Shown in pieces: positions 20,245 through 30,090 of a stretch of DNA of 64,000 nt. The notes below the pieces were generated by a model. That model saw nothing but the letters and a program-made list of their open reading frames with translations, did not search any database and was not told where the DNA came from. Source of the stretch: Bacteroidota bacterium (GTDB lineage: Bacteria > Bacteroidota > Bacteroidia > Bacteroidales > GCA-2748055); contig JBNJEV010000007.1 of assembly GCA_051746185.1 (NCBI GenBank), forward strand, positions 26,451-90,450. The letters run 5' to 3'. The position numbers and the translations under genes are program-made. Position 1 is the stretch's first letter, and every line of letters starts with the position of its first letter.

Positions 20245-21144
20245 ATGGCGAAAACACTGGTGGTGCTGGGAGGCCCGACGGCCGTGGGCAAGACCAGGTG
20301 CGGTATAGAAATAGCACGGCATCTGCACACTGAGATCATATCGGCCGACTCCAGGCAGATCTACCGGGAAACCACCATCGGAACTGCTGTCCCTTCGCCG
20401 GAAGAACTGGATGCGGTCAGGCACCATTTTATCCGGACCGTTCCTTTGGACGCAATCTACAACGCCAGCAAATACGAACATGACGTGCTGGAATTGCTGG
20501 AAAGGCTTTTTGCAAAATATGACCATGTGCTGATGGTGGGTGGATCCGGACTTTACATCCATGCGGTATGCGAGGGGATCGATGAGCTTCCTTCACCGGA
20601 TCCGTCCCTGAGAGCGGAACTGCTGCACAGGATGGAAAAGGAAGGACTCGGATCTCTGACCGGGGAACTGAAAAAACTGGATCCGGTATCCCATCAGCGG
20701 ATCGATGTAAAAAATCCCATGCGGGTCATGAAAGCCCTTGAAGTCTCCCTGCAGACCGGCCGGCCCTACTCGGGTTTCCTTTCTGCTCAACCCAGGCCGA
20801 GACCCTTCAACATTCTGAGGATCGCCCTGGACATGGAGCGGGAAAAACTCTACCGGAGGATCAATGAAAGGGTGGACCGCATGATGGAAAAGGGGCTGCT
20901 GGAAGAGGTGAAAAGACTGCAGCCTTACCGGGACCGCAATGCCATGAAAAGCGTGGGTTACCGTGAGCTGCTGGAGTTCCTGGACGGCAACTCCACCCTG
21001 GAAGAGGCTGTGGACCGCATCAAGAGCAACACCCGGAAGTTCGCACGGAAACAACTCACCTGGTTCAGGAAGAATGACCGGTATCACTGGTTCAACCCGG
21101 AGGATCCGGGAAAGATCATCCGTTTTATCGAAGAACAACTGTGA
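20245..21144 (+). CDS. miaA: tRNA dimethylallyltransferase
   Basis: Track ORF 20131 trimmed to the ATG at 20245. MAKTLVVLGGPTAVGKT is the P-loop, followed by SADSRQIYRETTIGTA. Confidence 0.9.
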   Translation: MAKTLVVLGGPTAVGKTRCGIEIARHLHTEIISADSRQIYRETTIGTAVPSPEELDAVRHHFIRTVPLDAIYNASKYEHDVLELLERLFAKYDHVLMVGGSGLYIHAVCEGIDELPSPDPSLRAELLHRMEKEGLGSLTGELKKLDPVSHQRIDVKNPMRVMKALEVSLQTGRPYSGFLSAQPRPRPFNILRIALDMEREKLYRRINERVDRMMEKGLLEEVKRLQPYRDRNAMKSVGYRELLEFLDGNSTLEEAVDRIKSNTRKFARKQLTWFRKNDRYHWFNPEDPGKIIRFIEEQL

Positions 21145-21185
21145 GCTCCACAGCTCACCATTATCGCTGTTTTGAGATCATAGAG

Positions 21186-22190
21186 TTATTTGTAAAAATT
21201 CTTGCTGAAAGATGAGAATTCTTCTCTTCCCAGTATCCTGCGTCTCCACCAGGCCAGCAGAAATCCTGAACCGTAACCCGAAAGCTGGGTATAACTTGCG
21301 GCCACGGAGAGGATCGCCACGGAAAGACTCTTTGTTCTTATCAGTGCAACTCCTAAAAGCAGCATCACATGAAGCAGGAGGGGTACGAGGAACCAGAAGG
21401 AAATAAAAACGGAGAGCAGCACCATCAGCAAAGCTATCAGGGTAAAGAGTGCAGGGGCGGCATGGACCGGCCTGAGTGTCCCGGGATGCCTCCGGTTGAG
21501 GTTGATCCTGGCGATACCCGAATTGAACACCTGTTTGAAAAACTGGCCCAGGGAGGTACGCCTTTTGTGGTACACATAAGCTTCTTTTAAAAATCTCGTC
21601 GAGAACCCTTTATTGAGAATCCTGATACTCAGGTCTATATCCTCCCCAAAACGCATGTCGGAAAACCCGCCTGTCGCCCTGTATACCTCTTTGGATAAGC
21701 CCATATTGAAGCTCCGCAGGTGAAATTTCCCGAGTCGCTCATTCCCGCTCCTGATGCCGCCGGTGGTAAAGAAAGAAGTCATGGAAAAATCGATGGCCTT
21801 CTGCAGTTTTGTAAAACCGGGATGTGCTTTGTCCGGTCCCCCGTAAGCATCTACATCCCCTTCACCCAGAACCCGTTGGACATTTTCGATATAATCCGGG
21901 GGCAGCACACAATCCGAATCGAGGAAAATAGCAAAATCTCCTTGCGACCGCTCGCATCCGTAGTTCCTGCTTAAACCAGGTCCTGAATTTTTCTTATAGA
22001 AATACTGAATATTCAGACGGTCACAGCATGTTTCCACTACGGTCCGGCAATCGAGGGTGGAACCGTCCTCCACAACGATCACCTCATCAGGTTTCACAGT
22101 CTGGTTATCCAGGCTTTCAAGCAGGTCAGCCACCTCATTGGGTCTGTTGAAAACGGGGATAATGACAGATAGGGCTGGAACAGACTCCAT
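21186..22190 (-). CDS. Family 2 glycosyltransferase with C-terminal TM helices
   Basis: 334 aa. LSVIIPVFNRPNEV...VIVVEDGS and FLDSDC (DxD) motifs. Confidence 0.85.
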   Translation of the reverse strand: MESVPALSVIIPVFNRPNEVADLLESLDNQTVKPDEVIVVEDGSTLDCRTVVETCCDRLNIQYFYKKNSGPGLSRNYGCERSQGDFAIFLDSDCVLPPDYIENVQRVLGEGDVDAYGGPDKAHPGFTKLQKAIDFSMTSFFTTGGIRSGNERLGKFHLRSFNMGLSKEVYRATGGFSDMRFGEDIDLSIRILNKGFSTRFLKEAYVYHKRRTSLGQFFKQVFNSGIARINLNRRHPGTLRPVHAAPALFTLIALLMVLLSVFISFWFLVPLLLHVMLLLGVALIRTKSLSVAILSVAASYTQLSGYGSGFLLAWWRRRILGREEFSSFSKNFYK

Positions 22191-22199
22191 GGAAACAGG

Positions 22200-23165
22200 C
22201 TAGATCTTCTTCTCTATTTCGTAAATATTCCGTTCCGTTGCATTCCTGGAGATCAGCTCACCCAGAAACCCGCCGATAAACAACAACGTACCGATGATCA
22301 TGCTGGTCAGACCAATGTAGAAAATTGCACTGTCGGCGATCAGTGGCTGCGGAATGTGTTTAATGAGGGCGATCAGCTTGTCGATCCCCATATACAATGC
22401 AATGGCCAGACCGACCAGAAAAACCAGGGACCCCAGTGTACCGAACAGGTGCATCGGCTTTTTGGCGAACCGGGTAAGGAACATCACGGTCAGCAAATCC
22501 AGGAAACCCTTGATGAACCGGTCCATCCCGTATTTGGTCACCCCGTATTTCCTTTCCTGGTGCTGAACGATCTTCTCCCCGATCCTGATAAATCCGCTGC
22601 CTTTGGCCAGCACGGGGATGTACCTGTGCATGTCGCCGTAGACCTCCACGCTCCTGGTCACATTGCTGCGGTAACCTTTTAATCCGCAATTGAAATCGTG
22701 CAGCCTGATCCCGCTGACCTTCCTGGCGGCCCAGTTGAACAGCTTGCTGGGAAGGTTCTTGGAAAAGAAAGGATCATACCGTTTTTTCTTCCATCCGCTG
22801 ACCACATCATATCCTTCCTCCACGATCATGCGCCTCATTTCCGGGATTTCTTCCGGATTGTCCTGCAGGTCCGCATCCATGGTAAATACCACATCTCCTT
22901 CCGCCACCCTGAAACCGGTATGGAGGGCAGCAGATTTTCCATAGTTCCTGCGGAATTTGAGTCCCCGTATCACCGGATAGAGGGCCTTCAGCCGTTCGAT
23001 CTCTTCCCAGGACCCGTCGTTACTTCCGTCATCCACAAGGATCACTTCATATCCGAGGTCATGGGGAGAAAGGGCACTATGGATCCACTCACACAGTTCC
23101 GGGAGTGATTCAACTTCATTATACAGGGGAATGACAATTGAAAGATCCATCAGAATGGTGTGCAA
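22200..23165 (-). CDS. Family 2 glycosyltransferase, polyprenyl-phosphate sugar transferase type (GtrB/ArnC-like)
   Basis: 321 aa. LSIVIPLYNE, ILVDDGSNDGS and MDADLQD motifs, with two C-terminal TM helices. Confidence 0.85.
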   Translation of the reverse strand: MHTILMDLSIVIPLYNEVESLPELCEWIHSALSPHDLGYEVILVDDGSNDGSWEEIERLKALYPVIRGLKFRRNYGKSAALHTGFRVAEGDVVFTMDADLQDNPEEIPEMRRMIVEEGYDVVSGWKKKRYDPFFSKNLPSKLFNWAARKVSGIRLHDFNCGLKGYRSNVTRSVEVYGDMHRYIPVLAKGSGFIRIGEKIVQHQERKYGVTKYGMDRFIKGFLDLLTVMFLTRFAKKPMHLFGTLGSLVFLVGLAIALYMGIDKLIALIKHIPQPLIADSAIFYIGLTSMIIGTLLFIGGFLGELISRNATERNIYEIEKKI

Positions 23166-23702
23166 TTACATCGCCTGATTGGCCGGGGTTTCTTCCTTTT
23201 TTGCAAATGCAGCGACAATGAGACCGAAAATCGCATAAATGATGGTTCCCCCGACAAAAGTGGAGACGATCATCCGGGACAGGGTCATTCTGTCCTGCAT
23301 TTTCTCAATCACATCATCCTTCATGTTTTCCGGGATCCTGGAATTGGCCAGGATCCGTTCCTCGGCCATGATACTGGTTTTTTCCATCAGGTCCGGATCA
23401 ATGACCGCATAGAGAAGGTAGGTATAGGCTGTAGAAAGGACACTGGCAATCAAACCGGTGACCACAGCCATCAGGAACAATCGTCCGTAAGACGCATATC
23501 CGCCCAGGTATTCGTTCCTGTAAGCAAACAGGCAGTAGGCCAGCACCACGATGCCGACGGCAAAACTGACCCATCCCGTCCAGCCTTCGAAGGTCAGTCC
23601 CAGGAAATAAAATACCACACTGAGAAAAATGCTTACAAAACCAAGTATCGCTCCGTAGATCAGGGCGGGCCTGAGAAATGGTTTACCGGATGTTTCTTCC
23701 AT
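23166..23702 (-). CDS. DUF4199 family membrane protein
   Basis: 178 aa, four TM helices. The N-terminal ALIYGAILGFVSIFLSVVFY pattern is typical of DUF4199. The gene abuts the GtrB-like GT2. Confidence 0.7.
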   Translation of the reverse strand: MEETSGKPFLRPALIYGAILGFVSIFLSVVFYFLGLTFEGWTGWVSFAVGIVVLAYCLFAYRNEYLGGYASYGRLFLMAVVTGLIASVLSTAYTYLLYAVIDPDLMEKTSIMAEERILANSRIPENMKDDVIEKMQDRMTLSRMIVSTFVGGTIIYAIFGLIVAAFAKKEETPANQAM

Positions 23703-23784
23703 GATACAGGTCTTAAATTAAGTGCTGATGGGATTTTTGCGTAGATGAAAATACATAAAAGATTGGTATTCACAAATAAAAAAA

Positions 23785-23881
23785 GGGCAAGCTACTTATA
23801 TCGCACCGCTACAACCGCCTACCCTTGCTACCTTCCGGTCCTGGGGGAATTCAGCAGGAGCTGGTCGTATAAGACTTGCCC
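23785..23881 (-). ncRNA. ffs: Signal recognition particle RNA (small bacterial 4.5S type)
   Basis: The minus strand reads GGGCAAG...CCCCCAGGACCGGAAGGUAGCAAGGGUAG...CUUGCCC. It contains the conserved domain IV with a GGAA tetraloop closed by ACC/GGU. The 5' and 3' ends pair (GGGCAAG/CUUGCCC, CUUAUA/UAUAAG) and a T-run follows. Confidence 0.8.
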
Positions 23882-23887
23882 GGGCTG

Positions 23888-23895
23888 CAAATTTA
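23888..23895 (-). promoter_or_regulatory. SRP RNA promoter -7 box (TAAATTTG), with TTTG 20 nt upstream
   Basis: Minus strand: TTTG-N20-TAAATTTG-cagccc-GGGCAAG, which puts the start of transcription at the predicted RNA 5' end. Confidence 0.55.
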
Positions 23896-23933
23896 CGAAG
23901 AAAAACTGTTACAGGCAAAACCGGTAAAGACCG

Positions 23934-24007
23934 CCTCACTCATTGCCGGGCGGCAGCTTGTGCACCGTGGCCTCACTCTTTGCCGGGGCGCAGTTTGCGC
24001 ACCGTGG
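23934..24007. repeat. Tandem 37-nt duplication of the ilvC 3' end, including the stop codon
   Basis: 23934-23970 and 23971-24007 are 32/37 identical (CCTCACTCATTGCCGGGCGGCAGCTTGTGCACCGTGG vs CCTCACTCTTTGCCGGGGCGCAGTTTGCGCACCGTGG). Confidence 0.6.
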
Positions 24008-25022
24008 CCCCTGCCTGCCACATTTCCGATTCCCTCAACTGTCTCAATTCCTCCGAGAGCTGGGATTTGTATTCGTTGTGACCCGTTTTCTCCAAAACCA
24101 CCCGGGTCTCCTCCCCGCTTTTCACCCTTTCATACAACTGTTCGAAAACAGGCAGAGTGGCATCCCTGAATTTGGGCTTCCAGTCCAGTGCTCCCCGCTG
24201 GGCGGTGGCGCTGCAGTTGGCATACATCCAGTCCATTCCTTGCTCATCCACCAGCCGGATCAGGCTCTGGGTCAGTTCCTCAACCGTCTCATTGAAAGCT
24301 TCCGAAGGAGTGTGCCCGTTCTCCCTCAGTACCTTGTACTGGGCCTCCATGATCCCGGCCAGGGCCCCCATCAGAACACCCCTTTCCCCTGTAAGGTCGC
24401 TGTATACTTCATTCTCGAATGTGGTGGGGAACAGGTACCCGGAACCGATCCCGATCCCCAGGGCCAGCGTGCGCTCCTCGGCCCTTCCTGTATAATCCTG
24501 GAAAACCGCAAAACTGGAATTGATCCCTGTCCCCGCAAGAAAATTACGCCTGACACTGGTTCCTGAGCCCTTGGGTGCTACCAGGATCACATCCACATTG
24601 TCCGGAGGGATCACCCCGGTCTGCTCCTTGTAGGTCACTGAAAATCCGTGTGAAAAATAGAGTGCGTCCCCCTCCTTCAGACAGGCCTTTAGTTTCGGCC
24701 AGACGGCCCGTTGCGCGGCATCCGATATGAGATACTGGACCACGGTGGCTTTTTTTGCGGCTTCCTCAATGGGAAAGAGATCTTTTCCCGGCTCAAACCC
24801 ATCCTTCACTGCCCTGTCCCAGTCCTCTTTGAATTCAGGTGCCTGTCCCACGATCACATTCATCCCGTTATCCCTGAGATTCATGGCCTGTGCCGGTCCC
24901 TGTACACCATATCCGATGATCGCGATGATTTCATCTTTGAGCACTTCCCGTGCCCTGGAAAGCGGGAATTCCTCCCGGGTAACGACGTTTTCTTCAACGC
25001 CTCCAAAATTCAGTTTTGCCAT
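23973..25022 (-). CDS. ilvC: Ketol-acid reductoisomerase
   Basis: 349 aa. GYGVQGPAQAMNLRDNG NADPH-binding motif and class I KARI length. Confidence 0.95.
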   Translation of the reverse strand: MAKLNFGGVEENVVTREEFPLSRAREVLKDEIIAIIGYGVQGPAQAMNLRDNGMNVIVGQAPEFKEDWDRAVKDGFEPGKDLFPIEEAAKKATVVQYLISDAAQRAVWPKLKACLKEGDALYFSHGFSVTYKEQTGVIPPDNVDVILVAPKGSGTSVRRNFLAGTGINSSFAVFQDYTGRAEERTLALGIGIGSGYLFPTTFENEVYSDLTGERGVLMGALAGIMEAQYKVLRENGHTPSEAFNETVEELTQSLIRLVDEQGMDWMYANCSATAQRGALDWKPKFRDATLPVFEQLYERVKSGEETRVVLEKTGHNEYKSQLSEELRQLRESEMWQAGATVRKLRPGKE

Positions 25023-25037
25023 GTTGTTTTCTGTGAT

Positions 25038-25598
25038 TTAATAGGTTAATACTTCATCTGCCGTCTCCTCGTGATGCTTGTCAATATCCTTCAAATAGGC
25101 AGTGATCTCTTTGATCTGTTTGGTGAGGGCAATCCGGCCCGACCGGGCAAACTGGAGGATGCCGTAAGGTTCGAGCTCCCTGAATAGCATACTTGTCTCC
25201 TCCTTGTGACCGGTCTTTTCCACAATGATATACTCCGGTTCAATGGTCAGGATCCTCGCATTATGGCGACGGATCAGTATTTCCACTTCATCCCCGTATG
25301 CAAAAGCCGTTGTGGGAACTTTATAGAGGGCGATCTCCTGGTAGACGATCTCATCCAGGGTATGGTAGAATGTCTTCAAAATGCCGATCTGCTTTTCGAT
25401 CTGCCGGGTTACCGATTTGGCCATGTCCTCGGTTGCCCGGATGACAATGGTAAAACGGTAGATCCCGCTGATCTCGGATTCCGAAGTATTGAGACTTTCT
25501 ATATTGATCTTCCTTCTGGAGAAAATCACCGTGATCCTGTGAAGGAGACCGACCTTGTGTTCGCTGAAAACTGATATGGTAAATTCCTTTTTTTCCAT
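25038..25598 (-). CDS. ilvN: Acetolactate synthase small (regulatory) subunit
   Basis: 186 aa. The ACT domain start is ISVFSEHKVGLLHRITVIFSRRKINIESL. It lies immediately downstream of ilvB. Confidence 0.9.
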   Translation of the reverse strand: MEKKEFTISVFSEHKVGLLHRITVIFSRRKINIESLNTSESEISGIYRFTIVIRATEDMAKSVTRQIEKQIGILKTFYHTLDEIVYQEIALYKVPTTAFAYGDEVEILIRRHNARILTIEPEYIIVEKTGHKEETSMLFRELEPYGILQFARSGRIALTKQIKEITAYLKDIDKHHEETADEVLTY

Positions 25599-25615
25599 CT
25601 TTTCTGCCTGATTAA

Positions 25616-27349
25616 TTATTCTAAACGCATTTCGGATACTGTTCCCCCTGCAGGGATCATGGGGAAGATATTCCCTTCTTTCTGAACATCCACTTCCAGA
25701 ACGAACGGTCCATCATGGGCCAGCAATTCATCCAGCGCGATGTCCAGATCATCCCTCTCTTTGATGCTCTTTGCCGGTACACCGAACCCTTCGGAGATCT
25801 TCATGAAATCGGGTGTGTGCAGTCCCGTGCTGGCATACCTGCTCTCAAAGAACAGTTCCTGCCATTGCCGGACCATCCCCAGAAAGTGGTTGTTCAGCAG
25901 GATCACCTTTACCGGAAGATTGTACTGGGCAATGGTTCCCAGTTCCTGGATGGTCATCTGGAATCCTCCGTCCCCCACGATGGCGATCACGGGACGTTTT
26001 GTTCCGGAGAAGGTGGCCCCCATGGCCGCCGGCAATCCGAATCCCATGGTCCCGAGTCCCCCGGACGACACCCATGAATTGGAGCGTTTGTGCTGGTAGT
26101 ACCGTGCAGCCGCCATCTGGTGCTGACCCACATCGGTAACCACAATGGCACTGCCGTCGGTTTTTTTGGATAAATGGTGGATCACCTCCCCCATATGCAT
26201 CTTGGAGCTGCCGGGAAAACAGTCCTTGTCGATCACCTTTTCCCGCTCCACCTTCTCCAGTTCAATAAAGGAGTTCAGCCATTCGGCATGTTCGGCCGGT
26301 TTGATCTTGGGCAGCAGCATCTGCAGGGCCAGTCTGGCATCTGAATTGATGGCCACTTCGGTCTTGATATTCTTGTCGATCTCTGCCGGGTCGATCTCAA
26401 TGTGGATCACTTTGGCCTGCCTGGCATAGGTCGCCGTATTGCCGGTCACCCGGTCATCAAACCGCATTCCGATGGCAATCAGTACATCGCACTCGTTGGT
26501 ATTCACGTTGGGAGCGTAATTGCCATGCATTCCGAGCATTCCCACCGAAAGCGGATGGTCATCCGGAAAGGCCGAAAGTCCGTTCAGTGTGCATCCCACC
26601 GGGATCCCCGCCTTCTCCACAAACTCCCTGAATTCTGCTTCCGCCCGGGAGATGGTCACCCCCTGGCCGCAGAGGGCAAGGGGTTTTCGGGACTGGTCGA
26701 TCAGTTCAGCAGCTTTGTTGATGGCCGCCGGATCGGGTTTGGGATTGGGCAAATAACTCCTGGTCTGCTGGATCCTGCTGTATTCGAATTCCACCTCTTC
26801 CATCTGGGCATTCTTGGTGATGTCGATCAGGACAGGTCCGGGCCGGCCGGAATTTGCATAAAAGAATGCCCGGGCGACCACATCGCAGATCTCATCCGCA
26901 CTGGTGATCTGGTAATTCCATTTGGTGATGGGCATGGAAATACTCACCATATCAGTTTCCTGGAAGGCATCAAAACCCAGCAGGGGAGCGACCACCTGGC
27001 CGGTAAAGCATATCACCGGGGTGGAATCCAGCATGGCATCGGCCAATCCGGTCACCAGATTGGTGGCTCCCGGACCGGAAGTGGTAAAACAGACCCCGGG
27101 TTTCCTCGAGATCCTTGCATATCCCTGGGCAGCATGTACAGCACCCTGTTCATGTCGTACCATGATGTGTCGCAGCTTATCCTCGTAGTTGAACATGGCA
27201 TCATACACCGGCATGATGGCTCCGCCGATGAAACCGAAGATGGTATCCACATCCTCCTCCAGCAAGGCCAGGATAAGTGCTTCGGCACCCGTCATCTTTT
27301 TACGGGAAACCTCCTGTTTTTCTTCCTTTTTCTTGGTCTGTGTTTGCAT
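25616..27349 (-). CDS. ilvB: Acetolactate synthase large subunit (biosynthetic type)
   Basis: 577 aa. ThDP enzyme with [10 protein letters not shown] and the ThDP-binding motif [14 protein letters not shown]...NN. Confidence 0.95.
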   Translation of the reverse strand: MQTQTKKKEEKQEVSRKKMTGAEALILALLEEDVDTIFGFIGGAIMPVYDAMFNYEDKLRHIMVRHEQGAVHAAQGYARISRKPGVCFTTSGPGATNLVTGLADAMLDSTPVICFTGQVVAPLLGFDAFQETDMVSISMPITKWNYQITSADEICDVVARAFFYANSGRPGPVLIDITKNAQMEEVEFEYSRIQQTRSYLPNPKPDPAAINKAAELIDQSRKPLALCGQGVTISRAEAEFREFVEKAGIPVGCTLNGLSAFPDDHPLSVGMLGMHGNYAPNVNTNECDVLIAIGMRFDDRVTGNTATYARQAKVIHIEIDPAEIDKNIKTEVAINSDARLALQMLLPKIKPAEHAEWLNSFIELEKVEREKVIDKDCFPGSSKMHMGEVIHHLSKKTDGSAIVVTDVGQHQMAAARYYQHKRSNSWVSSGGLGTMGFGLPAAMGATFSGTKRPVIAIVGDGGFQMTIQELGTIAQYNLPVKVILLNNHFLGMVRQWQELFFESRYASTGLHTPDFMKISEGFGVPAKSIKERDDLDIALDELLAHDGPFVLEVDVQKEGNIFPMIPAGGTVSEMRLE

Positions 27350-27378
27350 GCTACTGATGTGTTAAGGTAAATAATCAA

Positions 27379-29211
27379 TCATGGGTGATCTCTCAATATC
27401 CTGATGGCACCCCGGTGTGCTGAGGATACCATGCTTGCATAGGTTTTCAGTGCTTCCGATACGGTCCGGTCACGATCGGGTTTCCAGCCCCCGTCCCTTG
27501 TGTCCTCTTCCTTCCGGCGCCGGCTGAGTTCCTTCTGGTCCACCTGCACAGCGATGGACCGGGCCGGGATGTCGATCCTGATGCGGTCGCCGTTCCGGAT
27601 CAGGCCGATGGCACCTCCGTCGGCAGCTTCCGGTGAAATATGTCCCACCGATAATCCTGAAGTCCCCCCGCTAAACCTTCCGTCGGTGATCAATGCACAC
27701 TTTTCTCCCAGCCTCCTGGATTTGATATAGGAAGTGGGATAGAGCATTTCCTGCATCCCCGGACCACCCCGGGGACCTTCGTACCGGATCACCACCACAT
27801 CCCCTGCGGTGACCTCGCTGCTGAGGATGGCGTCACAGGCTGTATCCTGCGAATCGTATACTTTTGCGGGACCCTCAAAAACCAGCAGTTCCTCCGAAAC
27901 ACCGGCAGTCTTCACAATGCACCCGTCTTCTGCAATGTTGCCGGTCAGCACTGCCAGTCCCCCGTCCATGCTGTATGCATGCTCCATATCCCGGATGCAT
28001 CCGTTTTTCCTGTCTATATCAAAATCACCGAAACGCTTTTCCTGGGAACCCATGACCTGGCTGATCTCCCCGCCGGGAGCCGCAGAATAGATTTCAGAGG
28101 CCTCGCTGCACTTTTCAGGATTCATCAGATCAAAGCAGTCGACGGCTTCCCCTACCTTCCTGCCGTCCACCCTGGGCAGATCCCTTTTGATCAGACCTCC
28201 GCGGTCCAGTTCAGCCAGGATACCGAGGATTCCCCCTGCCCGGTTCACATCCTCCACATGGTAATGCGAACTGGGAGCAACCTTGCACAGAACGGGTGTT
28301 GTTCCGGACAGACGGTCGATGTCCTTCATGGTGAAATCCACTCCTGCCTCATGGGCAATGGCAAGCAGGTGCAACACAGTATTGGTGGAGCCTCCCATGG
28401 CAATGTCCAGGGTCATGGCATTTTCGAATGCCTCAAAGGAGGCAATGCTGCGTGGCAGGACCTGTTCGTCCCCTTTTTCATAGTACCGGACGGTGTTCTC
28501 AATGAGTTGGCGGGCCGCTTTCTCGAACAGTTTCCTCCTTTCCCGATGGGTTGCAACCACGGTCCCGTTCCCCGGGAGAGCCAGTCCAATGGCTTCATTG
28601 AGGCAATTCATGGAATTGGCTGTGAACATGCCCGAACAGGACCCGCAGGTGGGACAGGCCAGCCGTTCTATCCTGGCCAGTTTCTCGTCACTCACATTCG
28701 GATCGGCAGCCATGACCATGGAATCGATCAGGTCATAGGTCCCTTCCTCGTCCCGTCCCGCCTCCATGGGTCCGCCCGAGACAAAAATCACAGGGATGTT
28801 GAGACGCATGGCGGCCATCAGCATGCCCGGGGTGATCTTATCACAATTGGAGATACAGAAGAGCGCATCCACCTTATGGGCATTGACCATATATTCGACG
28901 CTGTCTGCGATCAGGTCCCTTGAAGGAAGGGAATACAGCATCCCGTCATGTCCCATGGCAATCCCGTCATCAATGGCAATGGTATTGAACTCGGCTGCGA
29001 AATAACCGGCTTTCTCAAAAATCTTTCTGACCTCCTGCCCCACCTGGTGAAGATGGACATGGCCGGGAACGAACTGGGTAAAGGAATTGGCGATGCCAAA
29101 TACCGGTTTCCCGAAATGCTCCTCCTTCATGCCGTTGGCACGCCACAGGCTTCTGGCCCCCGCCATCCTCCTTCCCATGGTACTGGTCTGACTCCTGTAC
29201 TGTATTTTCAT
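27379..29211 (-). CDS. ilvD: Dihydroxy-acid dehydratase
   Basis: 610 aa. [29 protein letters not shown] and [11 protein letters not shown] motifs. Confidence 0.95.
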   Translation of the reverse strand: MKIQYRSQTSTMGRRMAGARSLWRANGMKEEHFGKPVFGIANSFTQFVPGHVHLHQVGQEVRKIFEKAGYFAAEFNTIAIDDGIAMGHDGMLYSLPSRDLIADSVEYMVNAHKVDALFCISNCDKITPGMLMAAMRLNIPVIFVSGGPMEAGRDEEGTYDLIDSMVMAADPNVSDEKLARIERLACPTCGSCSGMFTANSMNCLNEAIGLALPGNGTVVATHRERRKLFEKAARQLIENTVRYYEKGDEQVLPRSIASFEAFENAMTLDIAMGGSTNTVLHLLAIAHEAGVDFTMKDIDRLSGTTPVLCKVAPSSHYHVEDVNRAGGILGILAELDRGGLIKRDLPRVDGRKVGEAVDCFDLMNPEKCSEASEIYSAAPGGEISQVMGSQEKRFGDFDIDRKNGCIRDMEHAYSMDGGLAVLTGNIAEDGCIVKTAGVSEELLVFEGPAKVYDSQDTACDAILSSEVTAGDVVVIRYEGPRGGPGMQEMLYPTSYIKSRRLGEKCALITDGRFSGGTSGLSVGHISPEAADGGAIGLIRNGDRIRIDIPARSIAVQVDQKELSRRRKEEDTRDGGWKPDRDRTVSEALKTYASMVSSAHRGAIRILRDHP

Positions 29212-29227
29212 ATTATATATTCCCTAT

Positions 29228-29264
29228 AAAACCGAAAAAGCCACCCTCTTTTCTGAGAATGGCT
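29228..29264 (-). terminator. Putative attenuator terminator in the ilv leader
   Basis: Minus strand: AGCCATTCTC-AGAAAA-GAGGGTGGCT (10-bp stem with two G-U pairs) followed by TTTTTCGGTTTT. It lies 17 nt upstream of the ilvD ATG. Confidence 0.6.
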
Positions 29265-29293
29265 TCTGTTTATATTCTTCTGACATACCATCC

Positions 29294-29359
29294 TCAGGTT
29301 GCTCCGGGAAGAAGTACCAGCAACACTACCAGGATAATATGCAGAATGTGTACGCGCAT
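29294..29359 (-). CDS. ilv operon leader peptide (21 codons, 13 of them Ile/Leu/Val)
   Basis: My translation: ATG CGC GTA CAC ATT CTG CAT ATT ATC CTG GTA GTG TTG CTG GTA CTT CTT CCC GGA GCA ACC TGA = MRVHILHIILVVLLVLLPGAT*. It sits between a -7 box and the terminator. Confidence 0.6.
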   Translation of the reverse strand: MRVHILHIILVVLLVLLPGAT

Positions 29360-29377
29360 ATGTTCTATAACATGCCT

Positions 29378-29385
29378 CAAATATA
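29378..29385 (-). promoter_or_regulatory. Putative ilv promoter -7 box (TATATTTG), with TTTG 18 nt upstream
   Basis: Minus strand: TTTG-N18-TATATTTG, 18 nt before the leader ATG. Confidence 0.45.
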
Positions 29386-29476
29386 GAGATAAAATCAACA
29401 CGCCAAAACTTTTCCTGGAAAAAATAAGGATTGGCCTCATAAAAAACCGGAACAGGAAAAAGGATACCTTTGCCCC

Positions 29477-30082
29477 ATGGCAGAAGAGAAGAAAAGATTT
29501 ATCTACAGCATGGTATTTCCGGCCTTCTTTTTGTTTTTGATCTGGGCGGTGAAGCTGTTCGAGATGGCCATGGATATTTCCTTCGTTGAGGGAGGGGTCT
29601 ATCCCAGGAGAATCAGCGGACTGAAAGGTATCCTGTTCTCCCCTCTGATACATGGTGACTGGAAACATCTGGTGGACAACTCTATGCCTGTTTTTTTACT
29701 GAGTCTGGCTCTTTTTTATTTTTACAGGGATATCGCCTACAGGATCTGGGTTCTGATCTATTTCATCTCGGGGTTGCTGCTGTGGGGCATCGGCAGGCAG
29801 GCTTATCACATCGGGTCATCGGGCCTGATCTACGGTCTGGCGGCATTTTTGTTCATCAGCGGCATCCTCAGGAAGGTCAGGAGCCTGATGGCCATCTCCC
29901 TGCTGGTGGTATTCTGGTACGGGAGCCTGGTCTGGGGGCTTCTGCCGTTCGATTATCAGATCTCCTTTGAAGCCCATCTGACAGGGGCTGTTTCCGGGAT
30001 CTTCCTTTCCGTTTTTTACAGGGAACAAGGACCCGAACCAGACATAAGCAAGCTTGAGGACGAACCCGAGGAAGAAGCCTGA
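29477..30082 (+). CDS. Rhomboid family intramembrane serine protease
   Basis: 201 aa, six TM helices. HIGSSGLIYG is the GxSG catalytic Ser context, and a His is present in a later TM (EAHLTGAVSG). Confidence 0.85.
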   Translation: MAEEKKRFIYSMVFPAFFLFLIWAVKLFEMAMDISFVEGGVYPRRISGLKGILFSPLIHGDWKHLVDNSMPVFLLSLALFYFYRDIAYRIWVLIYFISGLLLWGIGRQAYHIGSSGLIYGLAAFLFISGILRKVRSLMAISLLVVFWYGSLVWGLLPFDYQISFEAHLTGAVSGIFLSVFYREQGPEPDISKLEDEPEEEA

Positions 30083-30090
30083 TGTCCGGA

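Noticed and set aside
29294-29668. A 124-aa minus-strand ORF overlapping the start of the rhomboid gene.
   Set aside because: Only its last 21 codons, from the ATG at 29359 and downstream of a -7 box, make biological sense, as the ilv leader peptide. The rest is antisense to the rhomboid gene and its upstream region.
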